A DNA stretch of 64,000 nucleotides from NCBI GenBank assembly GCA_965213705.1, contig OZ243913.1, forward strand, positions 736,001 through 800,000, written 5' to 3'. Source of the DNA: Trueperaceae bacterium. GTDB lineage: Bacteria > Deinococcota > Deinococci > Deinococcales > Trueperaceae. Under the pieces are notes generated by a model, which was not told where the DNA came from, did not search any database, and saw only the letters and a program-made list of their open reading frames with translations. This document shows positions 54,344-64,000 of this stretch, piece by piece; positions within the stretch are counted from its first letter, which is position 1; each line of letters starts with the position of its first letter. The position numbers were made by a program, and so were the translations under genes.

Positions 54344-55909
54344 TCAACCGCCTTCGTAAGTCCAGCGCCCCGCCTTCATCGTGCCGGTAACCTCGAGCCC
54401 GTCCAGTCCCTCGTGGGGGTCATGCGACAAAATCACGAGGTCGGCGTCGTACCCGGGCTTGAGTTGCCCAGACCGATGTTCCCAAGAAATCGCGTAGGCG
54501 GCGTCGCGCGTGTAGCCCGCCAGCGCCTCGTCGAGCGTCATGGCTTCCGACGGCGTGAACACCTCGCCCTCTTCCGAGGCGCGGCTGAGCGCAGTTCGCA
54601 AACCCTCCAACACGTCCGGCCCGGCGACCGGCGTGTCCGAACCGAGGGCGAGGATAGTGCCCGCACTTAACAAGCTCCGCCAGGCGTGCGTGGTGTGCAG
54701 CCGCTCGCCGAGTATTTCGCTCGTGCGTTTGGCGTCGAACCGGAAGTGAATCGGCTGCACCGACGCGATGACGCCGAGACTGGCAAAACGCCCGATGTCG
54801 TCTTTGTGAAGGTGTTGCGCGTGTTCGACGCGGGGGCGCATTCCGCGCGGTTGCCATAGGTCGCGGGTTGCCGTAAGCGCGTCCAGCACCGCCCGCACCG
54901 CCGCGTCGCCGATGGCGTGCGTGACCGGGACGAGGCCCGCTGCTATGGCTAGGGGAAAGCGCTCGAGCATCGTCTCCAGGCCGTGAACCGGCATCCCGGT
55001 CGTCGTCGTGCCTTCGTAGGGCTCGAGCATGTGCGCGGTGAGGCTGCCCAGGGCACCGTCGGCAAAAAACTTCGCGCCGCCCACCTGAAAAAACTCGCCG
55101 CCCTGCCCGGTCGCCACCCCGACGGCGGCGGCATGTTCGATGTTCACCTGGTCGATGCAGGCCCAGACGCGCAGCGGGTAATTCTCCTGCGAGGCTTGCA
55201 GCGCGATGTTGCGCCAGTAGCTCGCGGGCTCGGCGGCCATGTGGTGGACGGTGGTAATTCCCAACCGCGCTAGGTCACGGCCCGCCGCCTCCAAAGCCTC
55301 TTGGATGTCCGCGTCGGTCGGCGCGGGCAGCGCGTCCCAAACGAGCCCCGCCGCGTGCTCGAGCAGCAGCCCGGTCGGTTCGCCGGTCTCATCTTTGACG
55401 ATTTCACCGTTTTCGGGCTGAGGCGTCGCGGCGGTTATCCCGGCCAGCTCGAGGGCGCGTGAATTCACCCAGGCGCTGTGGTGGTCTTGCGAACGCAGAA
55501 AAACGGGCTGGTGGGGCGCGACGCGGTCGAGGTCGCGCTTGTGGAGTTCGGCGACGTTCCACCGTGCCATCAAAAAGCCTGCGCCTAGAATCCAGGACTC
55601 CGCGGGAAGTTCGCGGGCTCGAGCCGCCACCCGCCGCAGACCTTCTTCTTGCGTCGTCGCGTCGTGGAGCGTCACCTGCGCCAGTTCGAAACCGTGTTGC
55701 GTCAGGTGCAGGTGGCTGTCGTGGAAACCTGGCAGCAAAGTGCGGCCCTGCAAGTCCACCGTCACGGCGTCGTCTGCGACGTGGACGCGCACCTCGGCCT
55801 CGCTGCCGACGGCTAAGATGTGCGTTCCCCGCACCGCTAAGGCCGCGGCTTTGGAAGCGTCCGGGTTCATCGTCAAAACCGGGCCGTTGCAAAAGATGAG
55901 GTCGGGCAT
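54344..55909 (-). CDS. Amidohydrolase (YtcJ-like)
   Basis: PGFHDSHLH, KFFADGALG, HAIGD, EHAQ, GSD. Confidence 0.92.
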   Translation of the reverse strand: MPDLIFCNGPVLTMNPDASKAAALAVRGTHILAVGSEAEVRVHVADDAVTVDLQGRTLLPGFHDSHLHLTQHGFELAQVTLHDATTQEEGLRRVAARARELPAESWILGAGFLMARWNVAELHKRDLDRVAPHQPVFLRSQDHHSAWVNSRALELAGITAATPQPENGEIVKDETGEPTGLLLEHAAGLVWDALPAPTDADIQEALEAAGRDLARLGITTVHHMAAEPASYWRNIALQASQENYPLRVWACIDQVNIEHAAAVGVATGQGGEFFQVGGAKFFADGALGSLTAHMLEPYEGTTTTGMPVHGLETMLERFPLAIAAGLVPVTHAIGDAAVRAVLDALTATRDLWQPRGMRPRVEHAQHLHKDDIGRFASLGVIASVQPIHFRFDAKRTSEILGERLHTTHAWRSLLSAGTILALGSDTPVAGPDVLEGLRTALSRASEEGEVFTPSEAMTLDEALAGYTRDAAYAISWEHRSGQLKPGYDADLVILSHDPHEGLDGLEVTGTMKAGRWTYEGG

Positions 55910-55996
55910 AAAGGTCAGGAGAAAGGAAAAAGGAGAAAGGAGAAAGTGGGCATGAGTTGAGTTTACCGCAGTCGAGCGAAGCGGGCTCAGGTTTGG

Positions 55997-56857
55997 CTAA
56001 ACAAGCGCTTCAGGACCGGGCAAGCGCAGGTAGTTCACCAGCATCCCCGCCAGCAACAGGGCCGACGCGACGCCCTCCGTGACCGAAAAAACCTCGCTGT
56101 AAACGAGCACGCCGAGGCCCAGGGCAATGAGGGGGCTCACGAAATTGTACAGCGCGAGTTTGGACACCTCCCAACTCGTTAACAGGTAGTTGTAGAGCCA
56201 GAATCCCAGCAGCGACCCCACCCCGACGAGGTACATCAGACTGAGGAGGGCTCTCGAGTTTGACAGCGCGGCAAATACATCGACCTGTGGCCCGAGCAGC
56301 AGATTGGCTGCCAACAGGACGCCGCCGCCCACCGCCAGTTGCCAAGTGGTGACCGCAAGCGCCCCGTAAGTTTTGAGCAGCGGCCGGATGAGCAGGCTGC
56401 CCAGCGCGTAGCAGAATCCGCCCAGAAAAATCGCGGCGACGCCCAGAAACTGCGCCCGGTCGCCGCTCAGTTTCGGCACGACCAGGAGCAGCAAACCCGC
56501 CACACCGAACCCCAAACCGGCCAGCTTTTGCCAGGACACCCGCTCCAAACGAAGCGCCAGGCTCAAACCCGTGAGCGCCAAGGCGACCGACCCGAAGTTC
56601 ACCAGGGCGCTGATGCCGGACGGCAAAAACTGCGCGCCCCAGAACAGCAGGCCGTAGTTGAGGGCGATTGCCAGCAGCGCGGCTCCCGTCAAGCGGAGGA
56701 GCGCCCGGCCCTTGGGCAGCACCCGGCTCCGCAAGGCGAGCAAGACGCCGAACACACTCGCAGCGAGCACAAAACGCAAGCCCGCAAAAAGCAGCGGCGG
56801 CAGCGTGAACAACCCCTCTTTGAGCGGTATGAAGGTCGAGCCCCAGCAAAAGCACAA
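55997..56857 (-). CDS. EamA/DMT family transporter, 5' end uncertain or disrupted
   Basis: WGSTF, PPLLFAGLRF, two EamA halves; in-frame TGA five codons upstream of the TTG. Confidence 0.75.
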   Translation of the reverse strand: MCFCWGSTFIPLKEGLFTLPPLLFAGLRFVLAASVFGVLLALRSRVLPKGRALLRLTGAALLAIALNYGLLFWGAQFLPSGISALVNFGSVALALTGLSLALRLERVSWQKLAGLGFGVAGLLLLVVPKLSGDRAQFLGVAAIFLGGFCYALGSLLIRPLLKTYGALAVTTWQLAVGGGVLLAANLLLGPQVDVFAALSNSRALLSLMYLVGVGSLLGFWLYNYLLTSWEVSKLALYNFVSPLIALGLGVLVYSEVFSVTEGVASALLLAGMLVNYLRLPGPEALV

Positions 56858-57020
56858 AAGTAAATAACGTCAGAAAAGGCACAGGTTAGGCCAAAAATTT
56901 CTGCAAAATGACGAGGTCAAACCCGAAGTCGAACTTAAAGCCGACTTCTTTCATGGCAGATTCTATCGAGTTTAGGAGAAAGGATTTGATTTTGCCTCTT
57001 TCCACCTTTTCCTTTCTCCT

Positions 57021-57797
57021 TCACTCCCCTCTAAACACCGGCTTGCGTTTTTCTTTGAACGCCGTGACGCCCTCGAGCATATCAAGCGTTTCGGCAGCTT
57101 CGCTTTGGAGGGCGGCCTCGAGCTTGAGTTGGTCTTCGAAGCTGTTGTGGGGCGAGGCGTTGACTTGCTGCTTGACCATGCCGAAACTCTTGGTCGGCCC
57201 TTGCGCCAAGCGTTTCACAAAGGCGAACGCTTCTTCTTCAAAGGTCTCGGCGGGCAGAAGCTGCTCGCCCAGCCCCAACGCAAGCGCTTCTTCCGCGCCG
57301 ACCTTGCGGTTGCTGTAGGCCATTTCCAGGGCTCGAGAGCGCCCCACCAGGCGCGGCAGAAAATAGCTCGCCGAGGCGTCCATCACCAGGGCGATGCCGG
57401 TAAAGCCGACCGCGAAGGCGGCGTTGGCGGACAACAGCCGCAGGTCGCAGCAGAGCGCCAAACTCATGCCGGCCCCCGCGGCGACGCCGTTGACGCCCGC
57501 GACGACGGGTTTGGGCATCGTCGTAATCGCCCGCACGACCGGGTTGTACGAGCGCTCGATGATGTCGCCGATGTCGCCGTCGACCGAGGTACTTGCCAGG
57601 TCCGCCCCGGCGCTGAAGCCGCGGCCCGCGCCGGTCAACAAGACCGCGCGGACCTCGTTGTTGTCGGCCGCGTCCTCGAGCGCCGTTTTGAGTTCCGCCA
57701 ACAACTCCAGCGAGAGCGCGTTCAACACCTCGGGCCGCTCGAGCGTGATGCGCAAAGTGCTGTCTTCGAAGTCCAGGCGTAACGTTTTGTAGGTCAT
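57021..57797 (-). CDS. Enoyl-CoA hydratase/isomerase (PaaG-like)
   Basis: RPEVLNAL, FSAGADL, NGVAAGAG, AFKEKRKP. Confidence 0.92.
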   Translation of the reverse strand: MTYKTLRLDFEDSTLRITLERPEVLNALSLELLAELKTALEDAADNNEVRAVLLTGAGRGFSAGADLASTSVDGDIGDIIERSYNPVVRAITTMPKPVVAGVNGVAAGAGMSLALCCDLRLLSANAAFAVGFTGIALVMDASASYFLPRLVGRSRALEMAYSNRKVGAEEALALGLGEQLLPAETFEEEAFAFVKRLAQGPTKSFGMVKQQVNASPHNSFEDQLKLEAALQSEAAETLDMLEGVTAFKEKRKPVFRGE

Positions 57798-57817
57798 GGG
57801 TCAGTTTAGCAGGGAAA

Positions 57818-57886
57818 AGGTTTTTCGTTTTTGGTTGTTCGCTCGAAACGAAGAACGAACGACCAAAAACGAACGACGAACGACGC
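57818..57886. repeat. CGAAAAA/CGAAC heptamer hairpin copy
   Basis: TTCGTTTTTGGTTGTTCG pairs with CGAACGACCAAAAACGAA. Confidence 0.7.
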
Positions 57887-58213
57887 TTATTTCTTCGACA
57901 GCTCGAGCAGCGCGTCATAATCGTCCGGCACCGCGGGGTCGTCCAGGGCTGCTTTGTTGCGCCGCGTCTCGCCACAACGTTCACAGCGGTGGACGATAAT
58001 CCAGCCCTTTTTGCCGCTGTAATCGACGGTGACGGGCACCAGCAAACCGCCGCAGTCGCTCGCCCGGTCGCCGGGAAAAACGTCGACGTGGAGCGAGTGC
58101 AGACAGTGGGGGCAGTGGTTGCGGTAGCTGCCGTTCGCCAAGGGCGGCACCTGTGCGCCGCAGCGGGCGCATTTGAACCCCTGGTTGGTGCCTTGGGCGG
58201 TAAAACGTCTCAC
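57887..58213 (-). CDS. RNHCP domain protein
   Basis: CARC, RNHCPHC, PGDR...C, HRCERC. Confidence 0.9.
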   Translation of the reverse strand: MRRFTAQGTNQGFKCARCGAQVPPLANGSYRNHCPHCLHSLHVDVFPGDRASDCGGLLVPVTVDYSGKKGWIIVHRCERCGETRRNKAALDDPAVPDDYDALLELSKK

Positions 58214-58426
58214 CCCGACAGGCTAAACGCTGAGGTCGCAAAGTGCCGTCGGGGGCGTCACGGTGGCTGAGCGTCTCGAGCCAACGTGCCTCGAAAACAG
58301 CCTGCCGTCAAAGACCGCCTTGAAGACCGCCTTAAAAACCGCGTGAGAATTTTGTCAGAGGGCGACCCTTAGACTGTTTACAGAAGCGCGTCCGCTCGCG
58401 CCAACCTTCAAACTACGGGGACAACC

Positions 58427-60535
58427 ATGTTACTACCCACTGTGTCATCGACCGCGTCACCCTCAACCGCGTCACCCTCAACCGAGTTACCCTTAACCAA
58501 GTCGCCGGCAACCGGGTCGTTATGCGCGCACTGCCGGACGCTGCCGGTCTTAAAGGACGCGGGCAGCACGCTTCACCTTACCCACCCGCTCGCCCACACC
58601 CGCGCCAAGCTGCGCGGCGAACTGGCGCGGCACTACTCGGTCGGCGTGGCGACGCCGGAAAGCCTCGCCGTCGTCGTCCCGCCGGGCGCGCTCGCCGAGG
58701 TGACGGCGCGGCTCGAGAGTTTGCTGAGCGTGGCCGAACGCGAGAGCTGCAAGGTGCTCCAACTCGCCGAAGGCGAACACATAGCGCTCGACAAGCTGGC
58801 TCAGGTCCAGCCGCTCAGCGCGTTCGTCGCCAAGACGCGCTCGCACTGGCTTGTCGACATGCTCGGCGAGGAGGGTTTCTACGCCGACTTTCAACCCATC
58901 GTCGCCGCCGCTAAGCCCGAGGTGGCGTTCGCTTACGAGTGCTTGCTGCGCGGCCGCGACGCGAACGGCGCAACCGTCTACCCGGACCGAATCTTTACGG
59001 CCGCCCGCGAGGCCGACCTGCTGTTTCAGACCGACCGCGCCGCCCGGCTCACCGCCATCCGCGACGCGACGCGCCACGGTTTGCAAACGCCTATTTTTAT
59101 CAACTTCAACCCGACCTCGATTTACGACCCGAGTTTTTGCTTAAAAACGACGATTGCCGCCATCCAGGACGCGGGCATTTCGCCCGACCGCATCGTCTTC
59201 GAAGTGGTCGAAAGTGACGAGGTCAACGACCCTTCTCACCTGCTCAACATCGTGCAGCACTACCGGCGGCAGGGTTTTCGCATCGCCTTAGACGACCTCG
59301 GTGCGGGTTACGGCTCGCTCAACTTGCTGGCCCAACTCAAGCCCGACTTTGTCAAGTTCGACCGCGAACTGGTCAGCGGTATCGACCATGACCCCTACAA
59401 GCAAAAGGTGTTCGGCAAACTTGTGGAGATGGCTCACGACCTCAACATTCAAACGCTCGCCGAAGGCGTCGAGACGTTCGAAGAGTACCGCTGGCTGCTC
59501 GGCACGGGCGTCGACTACCTGCAGGGCTACTTCTTCGCGCGGCCGGCCAGCCCGCCCCCGGCACCGCAACCCGCGCTCGAGGCCATTCCGCCGGTTGTCA
59601 AAACCAGCCTCCCCACCCCCCTGCTCGACATCGACTTCAGCGTCGACAGCGCCGCCCTACAGGGCGTTTTGGACTCGCTCGGCGCGCAGGTTGCCGTCAT
59701 CGACTCGAGCGGCAAAATTTTGATGGTGAACCGCGCCTGGCGCGCGGTCGGCGTGAGCGAGTCGGGTCAGGCGCGGTTTACCGGCGGCAACTACCTAGAC
59801 GTGTGCCGCGCCGCCAGCAAGAGCGAGGACTGCGCCGAGGACGCGGCGCAGAGTTACCAGGGCATCCGCGCGGTGCTGGCGGGAGACGTGCCGAGCTTCA
59901 GCCGGGAGTACGCCTGTGTCACGCCGCAAGGCCGGCACTGGTTCATCATGAACGTCACGCCGTTTTCGCAGGGTCGCGGCGGCGCGGTCATCTCGCACTT
60001 AGACATCACCGAGCGCAAGGTGCGCGAGGCCGAGATTGAGCACTTGGCCCGCCACGACCAGCTTACCGGGGCGGCAAACCGCCGCTACTTTTACGAAGAG
60101 ATGCGCCGCGCCTTTGCAGAGGCCGAGCGCGAGCTGGTGCCCTTTTCACTTCTTTACCTCGACTTAGACGGCTTTAAGGGCGTCAACGACCGGCTCGGCC
60201 ACGCCTGCGGCGACGAACTGCTCGAGCGCGTCGCCGGCCGTCTGCAAGCGCTGCTTAGGGACGGCGACCTGCTGGCCCGCTTCGGCGGCGACGAGTTTGT
60301 GATGCTGCTGCGGGGCGTCTCGAGCGCCGAAGTCGCCGCGGCGACCCGCCGCTTCGCCGCGGCGCTCGACGCCCCTTTCGTCCTGCACGGTGAGAGCGTC
60401 GCCTGTGGCGGCAGCCTGGGCGCGGCCTGCTACCCCGAGCACGGCCACAGCGCCGAAGCCCTCCTGCGCCACGCCGACAGCGCCATGTACCGGGTGAAAA
60501 CCGGGCAAGCGGTGACAGCTTTGAGTTCGGTTTAG
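58427..60535 (+). CDS. EAL-PAS-GGDEF c-di-GMP signalling protein
   Basis: ECLLR, DDLGAG, EGVE, QG; PAS; RDGD I-site and GGDEF. Confidence 0.9.
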   Translation: MLLPTVSSTASPSTASPSTELPLTKSPATGSLCAHCRTLPVLKDAGSTLHLTHPLAHTRAKLRGELARHYSVGVATPESLAVVVPPGALAEVTARLESLLSVAERESCKVLQLAEGEHIALDKLAQVQPLSAFVAKTRSHWLVDMLGEEGFYADFQPIVAAAKPEVAFAYECLLRGRDANGATVYPDRIFTAAREADLLFQTDRAARLTAIRDATRHGLQTPIFINFNPTSIYDPSFCLKTTIAAIQDAGISPDRIVFEVVESDEVNDPSHLLNIVQHYRRQGFRIALDDLGAGYGSLNLLAQLKPDFVKFDRELVSGIDHDPYKQKVFGKLVEMAHDLNIQTLAEGVETFEEYRWLLGTGVDYLQGYFFARPASPPPAPQPALEAIPPVVKTSLPTPLLDIDFSVDSAALQGVLDSLGAQVAVIDSSGKILMVNRAWRAVGVSESGQARFTGGNYLDVCRAASKSEDCAEDAAQSYQGIRAVLAGDVPSFSREYACVTPQGRHWFIMNVTPFSQGRGGAVISHLDITERKVREAEIEHLARHDQLTGAANRRYFYEEMRRAFAEAERELVPFSLLYLDLDGFKGVNDRLGHACGDELLERVAGRLQALLRDGDLLARFGGDEFVMLLRGVSSAEVAAATRRFAAALDAPFVLHGESVACGGSLGAACYPEHGHSAEALLRHADSAMYRVKTGQAVTALSSV

Positions 60536-60622
60536 GTCGGTGGTCGAGCCCGGCCGAACACGGACGTTGCCGGGAGCCGCGCCGCCCTGCTCACGGTTTT
60601 CGGGTCAGGACTCAACCGCAGC

Positions 60623-61393
60623 TCAGTTCACGATGATGTTGAACTTCAGCAGCATTTTGGGCAAGTGGTCGTCCAGGTTGCGTATGTGGTCGTCCGACAG
60701 CTCGATGAGGTTGAAACCGTACTTGGCATAGATGTCTTTTTTCACCTGTTTACGAGCGGCGTAACGTGGGTCGTCTTCCAAGCCCCAATACTCGATGTAA
60801 ACCTTGCCTTCCGGCACGTAAAAGTCGCAGTAGAGTTCTTCCTCGACAGGCAGTTGCCGTTCGTAGGCGTGGACGAGGCCGGACATGTACAGCCAGTTGT
60901 CGACGAGCATTTCGGCTCGAGACCTGACCAGGTGCCCGTCGGTCGCCCGGTGCGTGGCCGGGAAACGCTCGCGAAAACTCTTTTCTTCGCTCACCGGCTC
61001 CACTTTTTCTAGGTCTTCACCCTTGACGCTGGCGACGGTTTTAAGAAGAACGGTGTTTTTCAGCAGGGCGTCGGGCCAAACCACGTAGGGCACGCCGGTT
61101 TGAAAATGCTCTTTCTGCACGGCTCCCAAACCCTGTCCCTGCGCGGTTGCCACCCAACCTTTAGGGCCTTTGCCAACCCAACCGAGTTCTGACAAAATCG
61201 AGTTTACGTTCTGACTCGACAAACCAAAGGGCTCACCGAGTTTCGTTGAGGTGAGTAGCTGAGAACCGTTTGGTTTCGGTCTCGAGGCCTCGACAACCGG
61301 TTTGGCTTTTTGTTCTTTCCAGTGCTTGAAACACAGCTTAAAACCCGGTTTTGAAACCCTGTCGTCACATCCTGAAACGCTGCAAGTTTCCAC
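60623..61393 (-). CDS. Zn-finger + antirepressor-like + PD-(D/E)xK nuclease-like protein
   Basis: CSVSGC...CFKH; VNSILSELGW; VRSRAE, CDFYVP...YIEYWG. Confidence 0.7.
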   Translation of the reverse strand: METCSVSGCDDRVSKPGFKLCFKHWKEQKAKPVVEASRPKPNGSQLLTSTKLGEPFGLSSQNVNSILSELGWVGKGPKGWVATAQGQGLGAVQKEHFQTGVPYVVWPDALLKNTVLLKTVASVKGEDLEKVEPVSEEKSFRERFPATHRATDGHLVRSRAEMLVDNWLYMSGLVHAYERQLPVEEELYCDFYVPEGKVYIEYWGLEDDPRYAARKQVKKDIYAKYGFNLIELSDDHIRNLDDHLPKMLLKFNIIVN

Positions 61394-61445
61394 GCGCCAC
61401 CTCTAGGCCGATTGTGGCAAACGGCTTGTGCCGAAGAGGTGAAAT

Positions 61446-62303
61446 TTACGCCTTTTGTTCGCGCTCCGTTTGCGGCCCGATGTCGCTGATGTCGTACCCT
61501 TCCGGATACGTGCGCGTCGGCGGCAGGCGGTAGGGCGCTCGGCGGGGCGGCAAAAAGCGCAGCACTTTTTTTCGCACCCACAATCCCGCTTCTACCACCA
61601 CGCGCGCCCACAAGCGCGGCTCGGGAAAGCCGAATGCTCGGCGCACGGGCGCGTCCAGCACCGCGTAGACGAGTTGCGCACCTAAGGGCCAGAGCGGTTC
61701 GGGCAGCGTCCAGCTCAAAAACAGGTCCCTGGTCGCCTCGGCGAGCAGTTGGTTGTTCGGGCTGTAGGCGAAGTGCTCCTCCTCGTACTCACGGTTGTAG
61801 CGTTCAAACGCCTCGTAACTTTCCGGGATGTTTTTGATGTTCATGCGCCGCCCGACTTCGAACCAGAAATAGTAGGACGCTAATCTCTCGTTCTCGCTTA
61901 AAAGTCGCCAGCCGTGGCGCGCGTTCCAGCGGACGGGTTCAAAAACGAACGTCGACAGCACGTACAAAAACTCGTCGTTGGGTATCGCGTAGCGCGCGTG
62001 AATCTGGTTCATCCGCCGCAGCGCCGCGCGGCCTTCCGGGCTGCTGTAGCCGCGCAAGCCGAGGGTCGAAATGATAATCGTCGTGTCGTCGTAGCGTTTT
62101 TGGGTGCGCGTTACGAGTTCGCGCGTTTTAACCAACAACTCTGAACTTTTCGGCACCGCAAAGGTGCGTAAGAGCGCGAGTTCGTAGGCGCGTTGGGTGT
62201 CCCAGGGGAAGTCATAAGCGGCGCTCAAAAAAGCGATGCGCTCGTGGTCGCGGCGCGGCTCGAGGCTTTCGATTTCACTCAACACCCCAAATTTGTCAAC
62301 CAT
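61446..62303 (-). CDS. MpaB/DUF2236 oxygenase-like protein
   Basis: KRYDDT, MNQIHARY, YVLSTF, GRRMNI. Confidence 0.85.
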   Translation of the reverse strand: MVDKFGVLSEIESLEPRRDHERIAFLSAAYDFPWDTQRAYELALLRTFAVPKSSELLVKTRELVTRTQKRYDDTTIIISTLGLRGYSSPEGRAALRRMNQIHARYAIPNDEFLYVLSTFVFEPVRWNARHGWRLLSENERLASYYFWFEVGRRMNIKNIPESYEAFERYNREYEEEHFAYSPNNQLLAEATRDLFLSWTLPEPLWPLGAQLVYAVLDAPVRRAFGFPEPRLWARVVVEAGLWVRKKVLRFLPPRRAPYRLPPTRTYPEGYDISDIGPQTEREQKA

Positions 62304-63684
62304 CTGGCTCAGCTTGCGCCACCATTTGAGCAACCTTCTCGACGTAGGCGTCCGGGTCGGCCTTGCGCTTCAAACCGGCCGCGCTCATGTAGCGTACCTT
62401 GCCGAAGACCGCGCGCTCCTGCCAGGGCCGGTCGTGGTTGCCGTAAACCCAAGCGACGTTTGAAAACGAGTTGGCGTCGCGGCCGTCCAAAAAATACTTG
62501 TTGTTGATACGGAGCGTGGTGTCGTGGCCCTCTTGCGGGGAGCGCGTCCACTCGAGAATCTTCTTGCCCCAATACATCCGCATGTAGTTGTGCATGTAGC
62601 CCGACACGCGCATCTCGTTCATGGCGGCGTTCCAGTAGGGGTCGTGGGTCGCGGCGTTCTCGAGCTGCTCGCGGGTGTAGACGTACTCGCGTTCGTCGCT
62701 CGCGTGCTCGGCGAGGGTTTTTTTGGCCCAGTCGGGAAGGCAGGCGTAGGTGTCGTAGTTCTCGGTGAAGTTGACAAAGTTCATGGTGAGTTCGCGCCGC
62801 ACGACGAGTTCTTCGACGTAAGTTTCGATGTTTTTTTGCGAGCCCCCTGAGTGCCGCACGGCTTGCGCCAACCACACGGGCGACACCTGCCCAAAGTGGA
62901 GGTACTTGCTCATGTGCGACACGTCGTTCGTTTGGGGCTGGTTGCGGTGCTCGGCGTAGTCACCGAACAGGTCGTCTAAAAAGTTCGCCACGATTGTTTT
63001 GCCGCGGCTCGTGCCGCCCTCGAAAAACTCGGTGACAGGCGGGACTTGCTGCTCGAGCTTCAAACTTTTGGCGAGTTTCGCAGGGTCGCCGAGGTCCATG
63101 CCCTCGAGCTTCAACCCCAGCGACGACTGCTCCACAGCGGTCGGTTTCAGGTCGACGAGGAACTTTTCTAGGTGTTTGTGGATTTTGGGCCGCAGCGTGC
63201 GCGCCGCGTACTCGCGCTTGTTTGAGGCGAGGTCGACCGGCACTACCACGTCGCCCTCGACCTGGACGACCTGGCAAGGAGCGCCGTCCGCGACCTGTTC
63301 CCGCCACTTTTTCTGAATGTTGAGGTAGCCGCGGTCGGTCACCAGGAGCGCGGCGTTTTTGGCGAGGTTGAGGGCGACCTCGTCCGGAGCGCCGCGCTGC
63401 ACGACCAGTTTGATGTCACGGTCTTTCAGGGCAGCTTGGGTTTCTTTCAGGCCCTCGAGCATAAACGCGTAGTGCCGCAGGTTCGCCTCGGGGTAGTCGT
63501 CCATCAGTCCGAAGCCGACCAGCAAGGGTTTTTTAAGACTGTTGGCCTGCTGAACCGCGTACTCCAAGGCCGGGTTGTCCTCGGCGCGCTGCGACTGCTG
63601 CATCCAGTACAGCACGTAGTCGCCGTCTTGGGATTCGTTGTCGTTGAGCGTTTGCACGCGCTCGGCTTGGATTTCGCTCGTCAT
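62296..63684 (-). CDS. phr: Class II CPD photolyase
   Basis: VLYWM...RAEDNPAL, SKYLHFGQ, MHNYMRMYWGKKILEW, LDGRD.N. Confidence 0.93.
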   Translation of the reverse strand: MTSEIQAERVQTLNDNESQDGDYVLYWMQQSQRAEDNPALEYAVQQANSLKKPLLVGFGLMDDYPEANLRHYAFMLEGLKETQAALKDRDIKLVVQRGAPDEVALNLAKNAALLVTDRGYLNIQKKWREQVADGAPCQVVQVEGDVVVPVDLASNKREYAARTLRPKIHKHLEKFLVDLKPTAVEQSSLGLKLEGMDLGDPAKLAKSLKLEQQVPPVTEFFEGGTSRGKTIVANFLDDLFGDYAEHRNQPQTNDVSHMSKYLHFGQVSPVWLAQAVRHSGGSQKNIETYVEELVVRRELTMNFVNFTENYDTYACLPDWAKKTLAEHASDEREYVYTREQLENAATHDPYWNAAMNEMRVSGYMHNYMRMYWGKKILEWTRSPQEGHDTTLRINNKYFLDGRDANSFSNVAWVYGNHDRPWQERAVFGKVRYMSAAGLKRKADPDAYVEKVAQMVAQAEPDG

Positions 63685-63770
63685 GGGTTCAGCCTAAACG
63701 GTGCCTGAGGGTCGCGGCTGCAAGCGCGCTCACAGGTTTTTGCCGGCACAGGTTTGCCGGTGACGCGGCG

Positions 63771-64000
63771 CTATGCCGTCGCCTGGCGGTAACGCGCCAA
63801 CACAAAGCAGTAAACGCCGTAAGCGGCCAGCCCCACGCCGGTGACGCCGAGGAGCCACGGACCGTAAGGCTGGCCCTGCAGCGCGTCCAGCGCCTTGCCC
63901 AAACCGCCCGCCTCGCTCGCGTCGGCTTTGAACGCGGCTTGCAGCAAAAACCAACCGATGATGAAGTACACGACGCTCCTGGCCGCGTAGCCGACGCGCC
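63771..64000 (-). CDS. DUF1206-like membrane protein (5' part outside window)
   Basis: GLGKALDALQGQPYGPWLL...GLAAYG. Confidence 0.75.
   Translation of the reverse strand, partial: RVGYAARSVVYFIIGWFLLQAAFKADASEAGGLGKALDALQGQPYGPWLLGVTGVGLAAYGVYCFVLARYRQATA

Overview
64 kb of GC-rich bacterial chromosome, most likely Deinococcota (Truepera-like). This is inferred from a Thermus-type Gfh1, many apparently leaderless genes and Deinococcus-style small repeats. Core genes include lysS, gyrB, lon, ispF, suhB, proA, methylmalonyl-CoA mutase, NDH-2 and a class II photolyase. Accessory modules sit between them: (i) a 435-aa HNH intein in gyrB; (ii) three toxin-antitoxin loci (RES-Xre with frameshifted toxin, VapBC with a dead duplicated antitoxin, an orphan antitoxin); (iii) an esterase/ATP-grasp/YbdK-ligase cluster split by a TA module and a mosaic adhesin; (iv) a low-GC small protein + DUF2335 cassette; (v) an AAC(3)-like + DUF4910 pair; (vi) a DEDDy exonuclease-WYL fusion; (vii) a Zn-finger/PD-(D/E)xK protein; (viii) a secreted Met-rich EF-hand protein. 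At sequence level, CTCGAG appears strongly over-represented regardless of frame, GATC is nearly absent outside foreign-looking DNA, and several short intergenic repeat families recur. No rRNA, tRNA, CRISPR array, transposase or prophage was recognised. All family assignments come from motif recognition by eye, not database searches.
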